DNA from: a virus
Virus record (IMG/VR): IMGVR_UViG_3300031707_002920
Location: 1-64,000 of that record
Strand: one strand, 5' to 3'
DNA: 64,000 bases
Part shown: piece by piece, positions 9,994 to 19,014 of the stretch
Layout of the letters: each line of letters begins with the position of its first letter
Numbering within the stretch: position 1 is the stretch's first letter
Position numbers and translations under genes: made by a program
The notes under the pieces: model-generated
Database searches by the model: none
What the model saw: only the letters and a program-made list of their open reading frames with translations
Told to the model about the DNA's origin: nothing

Positions 9994-10063
9994 GTGTATT
10001 AAAAAACAAAAATTAGCATACACAAAAAACCCCGCCGATCTAACCAATCGACGGGGTTTTTTT
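9982..10063 (+). terminator. Attenuator 1: antiterminator plus intrinsic terminator
   Basis: GGCGGGGTTT (9982-9991) complements AAACCCCGCC (10027-10036), the 5' arm of terminator AAAAAACCCCGCCGAT-loop-ATCGACGGGGTTTTTTT. Confidence 0.85.
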
Positions 10064-10081
10064 ATTTTAGGGAGGCTCGCT

Positions 10082-10243
10082 ATGGAAAAACTTGAAGTCT
10101 CAAAGTGCTTCCTTCCTAAAGATGTATTTGATGAATTCATGAACATGGCAAAAGAAGACAAACAAAAATGGGGCCGGAAACCAAAACCAATCACAAAATT
10201 GGTATGGCCAAATGACAAGGAAATTATGGTGGATGTAGCTTAA
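10082..10243 (+). CDS. Small hypothetical protein, first ORF after attenuator 1
   Basis: GGGAGG RBS, MEKLEVSKC...; 3' end overlaps tRNA-His. Confidence 0.5.
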   Translation: MEKLEVSKCFLPKDVFDEFMNMAKEDKQKWGRKPKPITKLVWPNDKEIMVDVA

Positions 10244-10304
10244 CTGGCTAAAGCGCTGGATCGTGACTCCAGAGACTGTGTGGGTTCGAGTCCCATCATT
10301 CACC
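10228..10304 (+). tRNA. tRNA-His(GTG)
   Basis: G-1, acceptor GTGGATG/CATTCAC, anticodon arm CTGGA-TCGTGAC-TCCAG. Confidence 0.9.
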
Positions 10305-10365
10305 CTTAGATAGTTGTATGATTCAATTGACGATGATGATTAATGATCTTTGAAATTAAGTAAAT

Positions 10366-10439
10366 GCCTGCATAACTCAGATGGTCAGAGTACGATACTT
10401 TTAATATCGGAGTCGTCGGTTCAAATCCGACTGCAGGTA
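10366..10439 (+). tRNA. tRNA-Lys(TTT)
   Basis: CGATA-CTTTTAA-TATCG; T-arm GTCGG-TTCAAAT-CCGAC. Confidence 0.92.
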
Positions 10440-10512
10440 CTTACATTCTGATTGCACTTGCAAATGACTTATCTTTTTGTTTGATAGTTCATATCTATCT
10501 AAGGAGGTAGAT

Positions 10513-12261
10513 ATGAATGAATTACAAGAAGTTCAAGAAATTCGCAAGTTGTACAATGAAGGCGCATTTTTAGCGACTTTGCAAGAACGATTTGGTAAAC
10601 TTGTAGTTAAGCATGCATTGGCAGGTCATCGTCAAAGTAAAGGTGAACGTTGGCGATCACTTCGCAAGATGCATCCTGAAACTTTTAAGATGTCAGATGA
10701 AGCTAAACAACGAATTTCAATAGCAAGAAAGAAGTATTTAGACTTACACCCTGAAAAAGTACCATATAGATTAAATCATTCATCAAAGATAAGTTGGCCT
10801 GAAAAAATATTTGAAAGTGCACTTAAACGACATGATATTACAGGTTGGGTAAGAAATTACATGAATGGTCGATATGAATATGATTTTGCTTTTCCAATGT
10901 TGAAAATTGATGTTGAAATTGATGGCAATACACATTCACTAAGTAATGTAAAGAAGATTGATTGTGAGCGTGACAATTGGTCAAAGTCTCAAGGATGGAT
11001 TATATTACGATTTACAGCGAAACATGTACTAAGAGATGTAAATCAATGTATTGAATTGTTGCAAAAACAGATTAGTAATATGACATTAGATGTTAACGAT
11101 GAAATTAATGCGTCATTTTTAATGTTAAGAACAGCTAAAGATCGATATCGACACGCATTGAAAGAACGACGGCAACAACGCAGTGTTGAACGCGCTAAAA
11201 AAATTGAAGAGTTACAGCAAAATAGTATTCAGTTTAATGAAAATAAAAAAATTGCAGGTAATGAATTGTCATTAGAAACCATTTTAGATCGAGTAAATAT
11301 AGCTAAAAATAATGATCAAGAAAAACGAGGATACGTATCTGAGTTATCTGAATTGTGGAAAGTGTCTAGTACACAAGTTCGAAGATTTTTAAAGCAATAC
11401 TGTCCGGAATGCTTAAGATTACGTACTCGTGTTTTTTGTGAACAAGCTAAGTTTATTAAAACTGATGAGGTTGTTAAACAGATCATAAGTGACTATAAAA
11501 ATGGCGATTCTTTAAGTCAAATTTGTAAAAAATATATTGTATTAAAAAAAATTGTTAAGCAGTTATTACTAGATAATCATGTGGAAATAAGAGATAAAAG
11601 ATATTATGCTAAAAGAACACTAGCTGATCGACATCAAAAATATCTAATGTCATATAGTGACAAACTTACTGATATTGTCAAAGATCATGATAATGGTTGT
11701 ACAATTAGAGAACTTAGAAGAAAATACAATATCAGTAGAACGATAATTAAAAAATTGTTGAACTTGTCAGACAGTGATTATAAAAACCAATTACAACAAG
11801 AAAAATTAGATAAACTAGAAGCTAAGATCATACAAAAACAAAAGCTGCAAAATCAAATTAAGCAGCAGCAGCAGCGATTGTTAAAACAGAAAAGAAAACT
11901 AAAACGAAGATTAAGTCCTGAAAATCAACAAAAAATGCAAGATCGAATAAATTGCATACTCAAATCTGAGATAGATTATTCATCTTTTGGATGGGTAAAT
12001 AAAGTTTCAGTTCTTATTGGACTATCACCACAAAAGGTTAATGGATGGATGAAAAAATACATGTCAGATTTTTATGACAGTAATTGTTTCAAAAAAAGAG
12101 ATAGAAAAAATATATTGTTATCTAATGACGTCATTGAACAAATAGTTAGTGATTACAAAAATAGCAAATCATTACGTCAAATTTGCAAAAAATATGACGT
12201 GTCAAAGAATGTTGTTAAACTATTGTTGTTAAGTCGTCACATTGAAATAAGAAGTCGATGA
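10513..12261 (+). CDS. DUF559/Vsr-like putative homing endonuclease with repeated HTH-like modules
   Basis: YEYDFAF..KIDVEIDGNTH..D.ERD....QGW.ILRF; repeated IxxDYKNxxSLxQICKKY motif; AAGGAGG RBS. Confidence 0.8.
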   Translation: MNELQEVQEIRKLYNEGAFLATLQERFGKLVVKHALAGHRQSKGERWRSLRKMHPETFKMSDEAKQRISIARKKYLDLHPEKVPYRLNHSSKISWPEKIFESALKRHDITGWVRNYMNGRYEYDFAFPMLKIDVEIDGNTHSLSNVKKIDCERDNWSKSQGWIILRFTAKHVLRDVNQCIELLQKQISNMTLDVNDEINASFLMLRTAKDRYRHALKERRQQRSVERAKKIEELQQNSIQFNENKKIAGNELSLETILDRVNIAKNNDQEKRGYVSELSELWKVSSTQVRRFLKQYCPECLRLRTRVFCEQAKFIKTDEVVKQIISDYKNGDSLSQICKKYIVLKKIVKQLLLDNHVEIRDKRYYAKRTLADRHQKYLMSYSDKLTDIVKDHDNGCTIRELRRKYNISRTIIKKLLNLSDSDYKNQLQQEKLDKLEAKIIQKQKLQNQIKQQQQRLLKQKRKLKRRLSPENQQKMQDRINCILKSEIDYSSFGWVNKVSVLIGLSPQKVNGWMKKYMSDFYDSNCFKKRDRKNILLSNDVIEQIVSDYKNSKSLRQICKKYDVSKNVVKLLLLSRHIEIRSR

Positions 12262-12367
12262 GTTAAAAAAGAAGCTAGCTGATGCGCGCAAAAAACGTCA
12301 GACAATTAGAGCACGGTTGGAGCGTTCTTTGACATTGATGATGAAGCACATTTGAGAACGTAATTAC

Positions 12368-12451
12368 GCGAGGATGGCGGAATTGGCAGACGCACTGGGC
12401 CTAGAACCCAGCGGAAGAAATTCCTTGCGAGTTCAAGTCTCGCTTCTCGCA
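12368..12451 (+). tRNA. tRNA-Leu(TAG)
   Basis: CTGGG-CCTAGAA-CCCAG, long variable arm. Confidence 0.92.
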
Positions 12452-12641
12452 GTTTATAGCAAGCAGTCATGGCATGATCTGAGACTACCATCTCTGAAAT
12501 CATAGGAGAATGGCAAGACTTGATTGTCAAACTGTTTGCAAAAAGGTCAAACTTAGAACTGGCAACGGTACCAGTTCCCAAGGCACTCGACAGTGTGCCG
12601 GCAGGACTGGTCGTAGGAATGATCAACTGTCAGAATTTCTT

Positions 12642-12724
12642 GCGGATGTGGCGGAACGGCAGACGCACTACTTTGAGGTGGTAGCGAGAGCAATCTCGTG
12701 TAGGTTCAAGTCCTATCATCCGCA
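12642..12724 (+). tRNA. tRNA-Leu(GAG)
   Basis: CTACT-TTGAGGT-GGTAG, long variable arm. Confidence 0.92.
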
Positions 12725-12755
12725 TTAATTGTAAATGATTGTAGAATAGCAATAC

Positions 12756-12829
12756 GGAGTATTAGTCTAGTGGTAAAACCACGGTTTGTCGAACCGTTGT
12801 CAGCAGTTCAATTCTGCTATACTCCGCCA
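12756..12829 (+). tRNA. tRNA-Asp(GTC)
   Basis: ACGGT-TTGTCGA-ACCGT; ends G-CCA. Confidence 0.88.
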
Positions 12830-12836
12830 GATTTTT

Positions 12837-12909
12837 GGGAGCGTCTGCTAATCTGGTAAGCTTCTAGTCTCCAAAACTAGCAATACACGTTCAAATCGTG
12901 TCGCTCCTG
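12837..12909 (+). tRNA. tRNA-Trp(CCA)
   Basis: CTAGT-CTCCAAA-ACTAG. Confidence 0.85.
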
Positions 12910-13016
12910 TAATTTTGAAAACTAAATGAAAGTGTTTGCTTAGTGGCACTACAGATCAATTTTTAACATCTAACAAAGGAGGTTCTCATGATGTAAAACT
13001 TAACAAGGAGTGCATC

Positions 13017-13271
13017 ATGAGCAGATCGTATCGTGAACCGTATTTCACGAGCACAGGTTCAAAGTATCGGACATTTGCGAAACGCTATGCGAACAGGATC
13101 GTGCGAAAGACAGACGATGTCCCTGACGGTAAGGCGTACCGTAAATTGTATTGTTCGTGGAACATTAGCGATTTCAACGTCCGGTGGAATCCAAAGCCAA
13201 GAATCTGGTGGATCAATGGCAAGCAGCAAGTCATTGAACCGACACCGGAGTGGAAAGCAAGAATGAAATGA
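13017..13271 (+). CDS. Small basic hypothetical phage protein
   Basis: AAGGAG RBS; MSRSYREPY...KRYANRIVRK...YRKLYCSWNISD. Confidence 0.65.
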   Translation: MSRSYREPYFTSTGSKYRTFAKRYANRIVRKTDDVPDGKAYRKLYCSWNISDFNVRWNPKPRIWWINGKQQVIEPTPEWKARMK

Positions 13272-13332
13272 GTTTAAAGGAGGTTATAATCAATCGTATA
13301 ATTGCATAAGATAAGTTTCTATAGAAATGAAT

Positions 13333-13633
13333 GCTCGGATGGTGGAATTGGTAGACACAAGGGACTCTGTAAAAGGGTCGTATATCTTGGAAACAAGTAT
13401 ATTGTAAACTGTCAAATTCGGTGGACGGTGTAAAATCTCAACGCCGAGCCAAGCTTTAGGTAACTAAAGAAGGTGTAGAGACTAAACGGCAGTCACCTAA
13501 AAGTTAACAGTTGACTCATGGTGAAGACATAGTCCAGACTACAAACAATGCTTGTTGACGATGAAAATCGTAGTAGTAAGTAAAATCCCTCGGGAGCGAT
13601 CCTATACCGGTTCAAGTCCGGTTCCGAGCACCA
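13333..13633 (+). tRNA. tRNA-Leu(TAA) interrupted by a group I intron
   Basis: Exons 13333-13366 and 13581-13633 join to AGGGA-CTTAAAA-TCCCT; ends ACCA. Confidence 0.92.
13367..13580 (+). ncRNA. Group I self-splicing intron (214 nt, no ORF)
   Basis: P1 GACT|CT...AGGGTC with U-G at the 5' splice site; core AAATTCGGTGGA, GCCGAGCCAAG, GTAGAGACTA, AAGACATAGTCC; terminal G. Confidence 0.9.
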
Positions 13634-13661
13634 TTATGAAAAGAAAATCTTTAATACTATT

Positions 13662-13735
13662 GCCGGATTGGTGTAATTGGTAAACACGCTTATTTCAAAA
13701 GTAAGTCTTTGAGAGTTCAAAACTCTCATCCGGTA
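13662..13735 (+). tRNA. tRNA-Leu(CAA), short variable loop
   Basis: CTTAT-TTCAAAA-GTAAG. Confidence 0.82.
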
Positions 13736-13744
13736 TATGAAAAT

Positions 13745-13826
13745 TGCGGCGTACAGTAGCGGTCTAACTGGGAAGCCTCATAAGCTTCTGGCGCAAGCCT
13801 CATGAGTTCAAATCTCATCGCCGCTA
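13745..13826 (+). tRNA. tRNA-Met(CAT), initiator-like 1:72 mismatch, extra variable arm
   Basis: GAAGC-CTCATAA-GCTTC; TGCGGCG/CGCCGCT. Confidence 0.82.
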
Positions 13827-13832
13827 ATTTAT

Positions 13833-13904
13833 GTGAGTGTAGCCTAGCGGTCAGGCACCTTCCTTCCAAGTAGGTATACGCGGGTTCGATCCCCGTCACT
13901 CACT
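13833..13904 (+). tRNA. tRNA-Gly(TCC)
   Basis: Anticodon loop CTTCCAA; GTGAGTG/CACTCAC. Confidence 0.88.
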
Positions 13905-13907
13905 TAT

Positions 13908-13984
13908 AGTGGCATCATCTAACGGCTTTAGGATGCGCGGTTTTCAACCACGCAATCGGGTTTCGACTACCCGTGCCACTACCA
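13908..13984 (+). tRNA. tRNA-Glu(TTC)
   Basis: Loop TTTTCAA; AGTGGCA/TGCCACT-ACCA. Confidence 0.85.
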
Positions 13985-13993
13985 AATAGAATT

Positions 13994-14077
13994 GGGTCGG
14001 TCGCATAGCGGCAAGTGCACCTGATTGTAGCTCAGGCGTCTTACGACTATTCGTTGGTTCGAGTCCAGCCCGGCCCA
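13994..14077 (+). tRNA. tRNA-Tyr(GTA)
   Basis: CCTGA-TTGTAGC-TCAGG, variable arm. Confidence 0.9.
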
Positions 14078-14179
14078 TTTACAATGTGACTCTCTTAGAG
14101 GGTCTTACACATACCCTAAAAAATTGAGAGAGTTATATTTTCACTTCACAAAATTTGAAGTTTATTTGATAAGTGCTAT

Positions 14180-14249
14180 GGTGAGTTCGGATAATGGTAG
14201 ATCGAGCGCCCGGAAGGGTATGGGAGTTCAAGTTTCTCACTCACCGCCA
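14180..14249 (+). pseudogene. tRNA-Ser-like element lacking an anticodon arm
   Basis: Acceptor GGTGAGT/ACTCACC-G-CCA, D- and T-arms present, only a GCCC-GGAA-GGGT hairpin between them. Confidence 0.65.
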
Positions 14250-14256
14250 AAATTAT

Positions 14257-14331
14257 GCGGCAGTCGCTAAGCGGTTTAGCACATCATTGCCTATGATGTC
14301 TACGCCAGTTCGATCCTGGTCTGCCGCACCA
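14257..14331 (+). tRNA. tRNA-Gly(GCC)
   Basis: CATCA-TTGCCTA-TGATG; ends ACCA. Confidence 0.9.
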
Positions 14332-14512
14332 TTTTTTCAAAGGAGGTATATGAATTATTTACTAACTATTAGAGTGCCTTTTACTGATATTGATGATGTC
14401 ATTGCCAGACAAAAAGCATTAGAAATTTTAGAAAAAGTAAATATTTCTAATGAAAAAGTGGTCAAATTACAAAGACTGCAAGAAAATGCAGAACCTGTCA
14501 AAGTTAATTTGT

Positions 14513-14588
14513 AGGCACTTATTTCAGCGGTAAGAATAGCTGGCTTACGTCCAGCAGGTCGACAGTTCGAGTCTGTCAGTGCCTACCA
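14513..14588 (+). tRNA. tRNA-Val(TAC)
   Basis: GCTGG-CTTACGT-CCAGC; ends ACCA. Confidence 0.92.
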
Positions 14589-14661
14589 TTTTTCAAAGTA
14601 AAAAGCAATAAGATAAATCTATTGATAAAACATGTATAGTATATGTCTATAACAAACTTTC

Positions 14662-14743
14662 AGGAGAGTATCGGTACACTCTTATAAGGTGTATACCCGT
14701 AATTGGTTCATTGAAAATGAGGGTTCAAGTCCCTCCTCTCCTA
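14662..14743 (+). tRNA. Atypical tRNA-Ile(TAT): no D-arm, long variable region
   Basis: AGGAGAG/CTCTCCT, ACACT-CTTATAA-GGTGT, GAGGG-TTCAAGT-CCCTC. Confidence 0.65.
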
Positions 14744-14788
14744 TAATTAAATTAAGATCATGGCAATAATAATTGATTATCACTTTAT

Positions 14789-15143
14789 GATCCTGTGAGC
14801 GAGAAAACCCACGGTTGAAACCGTGGGATGAAAGCGAGCCGTAATATATATTCTAAATGACAGGCTCAGTTCTGAACTCTTCAAGGCTGAAAGTGCCGGT
14901 TGAGTTCCATAAAAAAATGAACTGAATCACCGTCAAAAGCTCCTTGCTTCAGGGCCAGATGTAAAAAGCACCACGGTATCATCCTGGTTTTCTGGAAAAG
15001 CACTCTGATTCGGAGATTCATAAAATTTCGTTTCATACCCAGACTCGGGCTGGAGTCTGTTGAGCGACCAGTGCCCCGCCGCAAGGCGAAAGCACCGGTG
15101 AGGGCTCATAGAAGCCCACGACTTTAGTCGTGGGAGCAGTCAC
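14789..15143 (+). mobile_element. ORF-less IS605-family derivative (PATE/MITE-like), copy A
   Basis: Inserted after TTAT; left hairpin CCCACGGTT-GA-AACCGTGGG; right part closely matches 66-168, ends TCAC. Confidence 0.88.
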
Positions 15144-15259
15144 TATATTTACAATACCATTCAGTCTTCGATTTGTCTTTGATAATTGAATTTAGAATAT
15201 GTGAAAGAGTTAGATGATGATGCTATTCTTGAAAGATTAAATATTGATGATGAACTAAA

Positions 15260-15345
15260 GGAAGAGTCGCTCAATGGTAGAGCATCTGATTTGAGATCAG
15301 ACGCCTCAAAAGGGTGTGCGGGTTCAAGTCCTGCCTCTTCCGCCA
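15260..15345 (+). tRNA. tRNA-Ser(TGA)
   Basis: TCTGA-TTTGAGA-TCAGA, long variable arm, G-CCA. Confidence 0.92.
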
Positions 15346-15616
15346 ATCTTGGGCCTGTGGCTTAGTTGGTTAATGAATGGTAATGTTTAAACAAAGGACT
15401 AGATATGAGTTTTGGATTGAAGAAGTCTTTTGGCAGGTTCGTTAAAAAACTACCGGATTTTATTGTAATAAAATATGATGACTATTTTAACGTTATTTAT
15501 AAAGATGGGCGTCAAAGCAATGAATATGAAACAGACAGATATATTTTTGGCAAAAGTGATGAAGGATTTTATATGATAAATAAGAAAGCAATAGTTTATG
15601 GAATAAGAGTATAAGT

Positions 15617-15665
15617 GGAGAGTTAGCATAACTGGTAATGCAGTCGATTTGAGGTCGACCGCTCA
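15617..15665 (+). pseudogene. 5' half of a second tRNA-Ser(TGA), truncated
   Basis: GGAGAGTTAGCATAACTGGTAATGCA-GTCGA-TTTGAGG-TCGAC, no T-arm. Confidence 0.55.
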
Positions 15666-15910
15666 TGTTTGATAAGACATTTGAACTTTTTGATCGAACC
15701 ATGCAAATGCTTGACAGAGAAATGAAATGTCTGTTTATGCGCCCTACGAAGTCGAATACGAGGGTGAGGGTTAAGATCAAGGCTGGATCTAAAGTTTATG
15801 TGAATGGTGTGATGGTTGAATTAGTTAATGATGCTATTGTTTTAACATCTGAACTTGACAGATTGATGAATACGAAAAAATAAATGAATTTAAAAAAGGT
15901 GGATTGAAAA

Positions 15911-16252
15911 ATGTTAGATGAGTTTTTGAAAACTGATAATACAGTAAAAGTCGCATTATATAAAATTGGTCGAGTGCTAGGATTTTTTTCGGAAAATTCT
16001 TTTAAGCAATACGAATATCTGTTAAATGACGAGTCAGATAACGATGTTCGAAAGTTGTTATCGTCTATTTTAGCCAGTTTGACTCACTGTGGTGCAATTG
16101 TATCGACTGACGAAAATCGAGTGAAGTGGAATGAAAATTTTAAAATCGATTCATATTTAGAGATGATGCAGCAGAAAAAAGCTTCACGAGCTAGACAAGC
16201 ACAAGACAGAGCAGCTATTAAGAATATATTGCGAAAATTTGCAACTGAATGA
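15911..16252 (+). CDS. Hypothetical protein
   Basis: ORF with AGGTGG RBS. Confidence 0.6.
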   Translation: MLDEFLKTDNTVKVALYKIGRVLGFFSENSFKQYEYLLNDESDNDVRKLLSSILASLTHCGAIVSTDENRVKWNENFKIDSYLEMMQQKKASRARQAQDRAAIKNILRKFATE

Positions 16253-16572
16253 CGAGTAATAAACAATCCTGACGGATTAGTGCTCGAAATTAAATGCGTC
16301 GATTTAGATTCATTGTTTATTGTGACGATTGTAAAGAAAAATAATAAATGGGAGCACGTATTTAAGTGTGGACATGAAATCGTGTGGAGATGCAATAGTA
16401 GAATAGGTGATCAGACAGTTTTTGAGGCTGATTCACAGCTAATTAAGAACGACAGTACACAAAATTTGTGTTATTTATACGATGATGGCACAATTAGTAT
16501 AGATCGAGATTCTTAAGTGGAACAGAAATAGCATAAGAATGATGTCTCTTACTCAAAACGCTAACAGAAATT

Positions 16573-16656
16573 GCGGGAATGGTGGAATTGGTAAACACGT
16601 CGGTTTTAGAAGTCGATGGGAGAAATCCTTTGCAGGTTCAAGTCCTGTTTCCCGCA
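16573..16656 (+). tRNA. tRNA-Leu(TAG), second copy
   Basis: Loop TTTAGAA, long variable arm. Confidence 0.9.
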
Positions 16657-16669
16657 CTAGAGATTAAAT

Positions 16670-17194
16670 ATGCTATGTCCAATATGTAATTCTGATACTT
16701 TGGTCATTAATTCGAGGGTAGTAAATGCTTGTTGTAATGTCAGGCGTCGAAGAAAATGTATAAAGTGCGATTATCGATTCAATACCATAGAACGAGTAAG
16801 AATAGATATGAATGAAAAGTTAAAACAAGTTATCGTGATGCGATCAGACCTTAATATGAGAAAAGGCAAAATGATTGTACAGGGCGCGCATGCATCAATG
16901 AAAATATTTTTTGATAGAGTCGAATCAATTAATAAGAAGATGTGTTTGAATATTACGCAGGCAATGATGGAGTGGATGACTGGTATTTTTACTAAAATTT
17001 GTGTGAAGGTCGACTCGGAACGAGAGTTACTTGAGATTAGAGAGAAAGCTATTTCTTTAGGATTACCAGTAGCTTTGATTGAAGACAACGGGTTGACTGA
17101 ATTTAAAGGAGTAGTAACAAAAACTTGTCTTGCAATAGGGCCTGATGATTCGGAAAAAATTGATCAAGTTACAGGTCATTTACAATTATTGTAA
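16670..17194 (+). CDS. pth2: NrdR-type Zn ribbon in frame with peptidyl-tRNA hydrolase 2
   Basis: MLCPIC..VINSR...VRRRRKCIKC.YRFNTIE; KQVIVMRSDLNMRKGK...QGAHA, DNGLTEF, AIGP, VTGHLQLL. Confidence 0.9.
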   Translation: MLCPICNSDTLVINSRVVNACCNVRRRRKCIKCDYRFNTIERVRIDMNEKLKQVIVMRSDLNMRKGKMIVQGAHASMKIFFDRVESINKKMCLNITQAMMEWMTGIFTKICVKVDSERELLEIREKAISLGLPVALIEDNGLTEFKGVVTKTCLAIGPDDSEKIDQVTGHLQLL

Positions 17195-17218
17195 AGCTTT
17201 AAAAGAAATGGCAATCGT

Positions 17219-18031
17219 ATGGACACAACATTAGTTGAAAAGCAATTTAATGCGATCGGTGCTAGGGTTAAAGTGTCTGCACCTCGACAGGGTTCATTGC
17301 TTCTCGATGTTAAAAATGATAAAGAAGGTGAATTTTTTGACTTACAAGTCAAGAAAGGCATCGAACTTTTAATATTAGACTCACAAAAGAAAGATCGACA
17401 CCTTCTTTTAATGGCGCGCGATCCTGAAAATCCAAAAGCAAAATTCCTTTGCGGCCATGATGAGCGCCATTGGTTTACTTGTGCGATACCTGAACATATT
17501 TCTGTAACAAATGTCTTTCAAGCAAAGCAGGCGCTTAAGCCAAAAGAACTCCAAGATATCGAATCGCGAGAAGGTTTGAAAACAAAATATTTGCATAAAC
17601 GTCATCGTAAGCTTAAGTCAGGAAAGAAAATTCATCGTCAAGGTGAATTTATGTTTATACCACAGCTTAATTTTCAATTAAAAGAAAATTTCGAGACTGT
17701 TATTCATAAGAATGAACCGATGCGCGGTGGTGGATCTAATATGCACTATGCACAGTTTCTTTATCGCTGTGGAGGAGAATCTGTGATGGTTAATTCTCAA
17801 TTTGCGCGCAACGGTATATCACAACAACAATATGAAACATTGATTAAGAGTAATACTGCAGCAAAGGCAGCTAGTTGGCAATCAATGGTCCAAAATCCTG
17901 ACGTGTATGTTAAAGGTAAAATCTCTCACATTCAACATGAGACAGTTGAATTGGGAGATGTCTGGCATAAAGTAGTTTTGAATACAGAGTCGCAAGCAAA
18001 AGCGCGAAGACATGTGAAATTTCTTGATTAG
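17219..18031 (+). CDS. Hypothetical phage protein
   Basis: 270-aa ORF; FLCGHDERHWF, RQGEFMFIP. Confidence 0.7.
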   Translation: MDTTLVEKQFNAIGARVKVSAPRQGSLLLDVKNDKEGEFFDLQVKKGIELLILDSQKKDRHLLLMARDPENPKAKFLCGHDERHWFTCAIPEHISVTNVFQAKQALKPKELQDIESREGLKTKYLHKRHRKLKSGKKIHRQGEFMFIPQLNFQLKENFETVIHKNEPMRGGGSNMHYAQFLYRCGGESVMVNSQFARNGISQQQYETLIKSNTAAKAASWQSMVQNPDVYVKGKISHIQHETVELGDVWHKVVLNTESQAKARRHVKFLD

Positions 18032-18056
18032 GGATAGTAGTGAATGGAAATTAACA

Positions 18057-18989
18057 ATGAGTCAAGGAATTTATAGACGAGTTAAAGTGGCAGTAATTAA
18101 TACTTCATTAGAACGACCGTATCATTCATACGGTGATCATTGGCGCGATGGTTTTACTGATGCCGGTTGTATTGTGACAGTTTATCCGTATGATATGATA
18201 CCCCAAATATCTCAAGGTTTTGATTTATATTTCTTTGTTGAAATCCGATATAATCATTACATAATACCTCGAAATTTACATCCACGAGTACTTTATTCAT
18301 GGGATTCACATGTTGCACCGGTAGAGATGTATGAAGATGCATTATTGACATTTGATAAGATTTTTCTCGCATCGAAGATTGACGTTGAGTTTTTTCATAA
18401 AAAAAATATTAAAGAGTTTGTATGGATACCTGAAGCATGTAATCCAAGAATACATAAAAACTTACATAGAGATAGGATTTACAAATTGGGATTTGTTGGT
18501 AACAATAATGACTATTATTTTCGTAATGGTAAATCTAAAGATGAATTCATTGCATATTTTAAGCGAGAACCGTTTAATATGCTATGTAAACAGGGAATTT
18601 ATGGTGACGATTACACAGAAGTATTGAATAAAATTTGGATAATGTTTGATAGGACGATACAGCACAATATTGGCACGCGTATTTTTGAATCAGCTGCTTC
18701 AGGTTGTATACCGTTATGGTCAGACGCTAGTTATAATACAGGAATTAATGAGTTGCTTGTAAACGGTAAGCATTATTTGTCATACAATGACACAATAGGA
18801 GATGCGGAGAGAGTTATTAAATCATTATTTAACGAGCCAGAAAAAGCAAATAAGATCGCAGAGGATGCAGAATCGCATGTATTAGCCAATCACACTTATG
18901 CAAACAGAGCATTGATGATATTAGACGCGTTAAATATTGATTATATAAAAAGTGAAAATACTGAAAAAATGACAGTGTCTTTTACTTAA
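18057..18989 (+). CDS. Glycosyltransferase (CgeB/GT-B-like)
   Basis: PEACNPRIH, GFVG, RIFESAASG, HTYANRA. Confidence 0.82.
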   Translation: MSQGIYRRVKVAVINTSLERPYHSYGDHWRDGFTDAGCIVTVYPYDMIPQISQGFDLYFFVEIRYNHYIIPRNLHPRVLYSWDSHVAPVEMYEDALLTFDKIFLASKIDVEFFHKKNIKEFVWIPEACNPRIHKNLHRDRIYKLGFVGNNNDYYFRNGKSKDEFIAYFKREPFNMLCKQGIYGDDYTEVLNKIWIMFDRTIQHNIGTRIFESAASGCIPLWSDASYNTGINELLVNGKHYLSYNDTIGDAERVIKSLFNEPEKANKIAEDAESHVLANHTYANRALMILDALNIDYIKSENTEKMTVSFT

Positions 18990-19014
18990 TTGATTGAGTT
19001 AATGGAAAAAAGTA

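Noticed and set aside
9868-10063. T-box riboswitch explanation for the tRNA operon leaders
   Set aside because: No T-box sequence (TGGNACC) or specifier stem seen in any of the three leaders; the geometry is leader-peptide type.
9950-10243. 97-aa ORF from the track starting at a TTG
   Set aside because: It crosses attenuator 1; the RBS-supported starts are 9868 (leader, different frame) and 10082.
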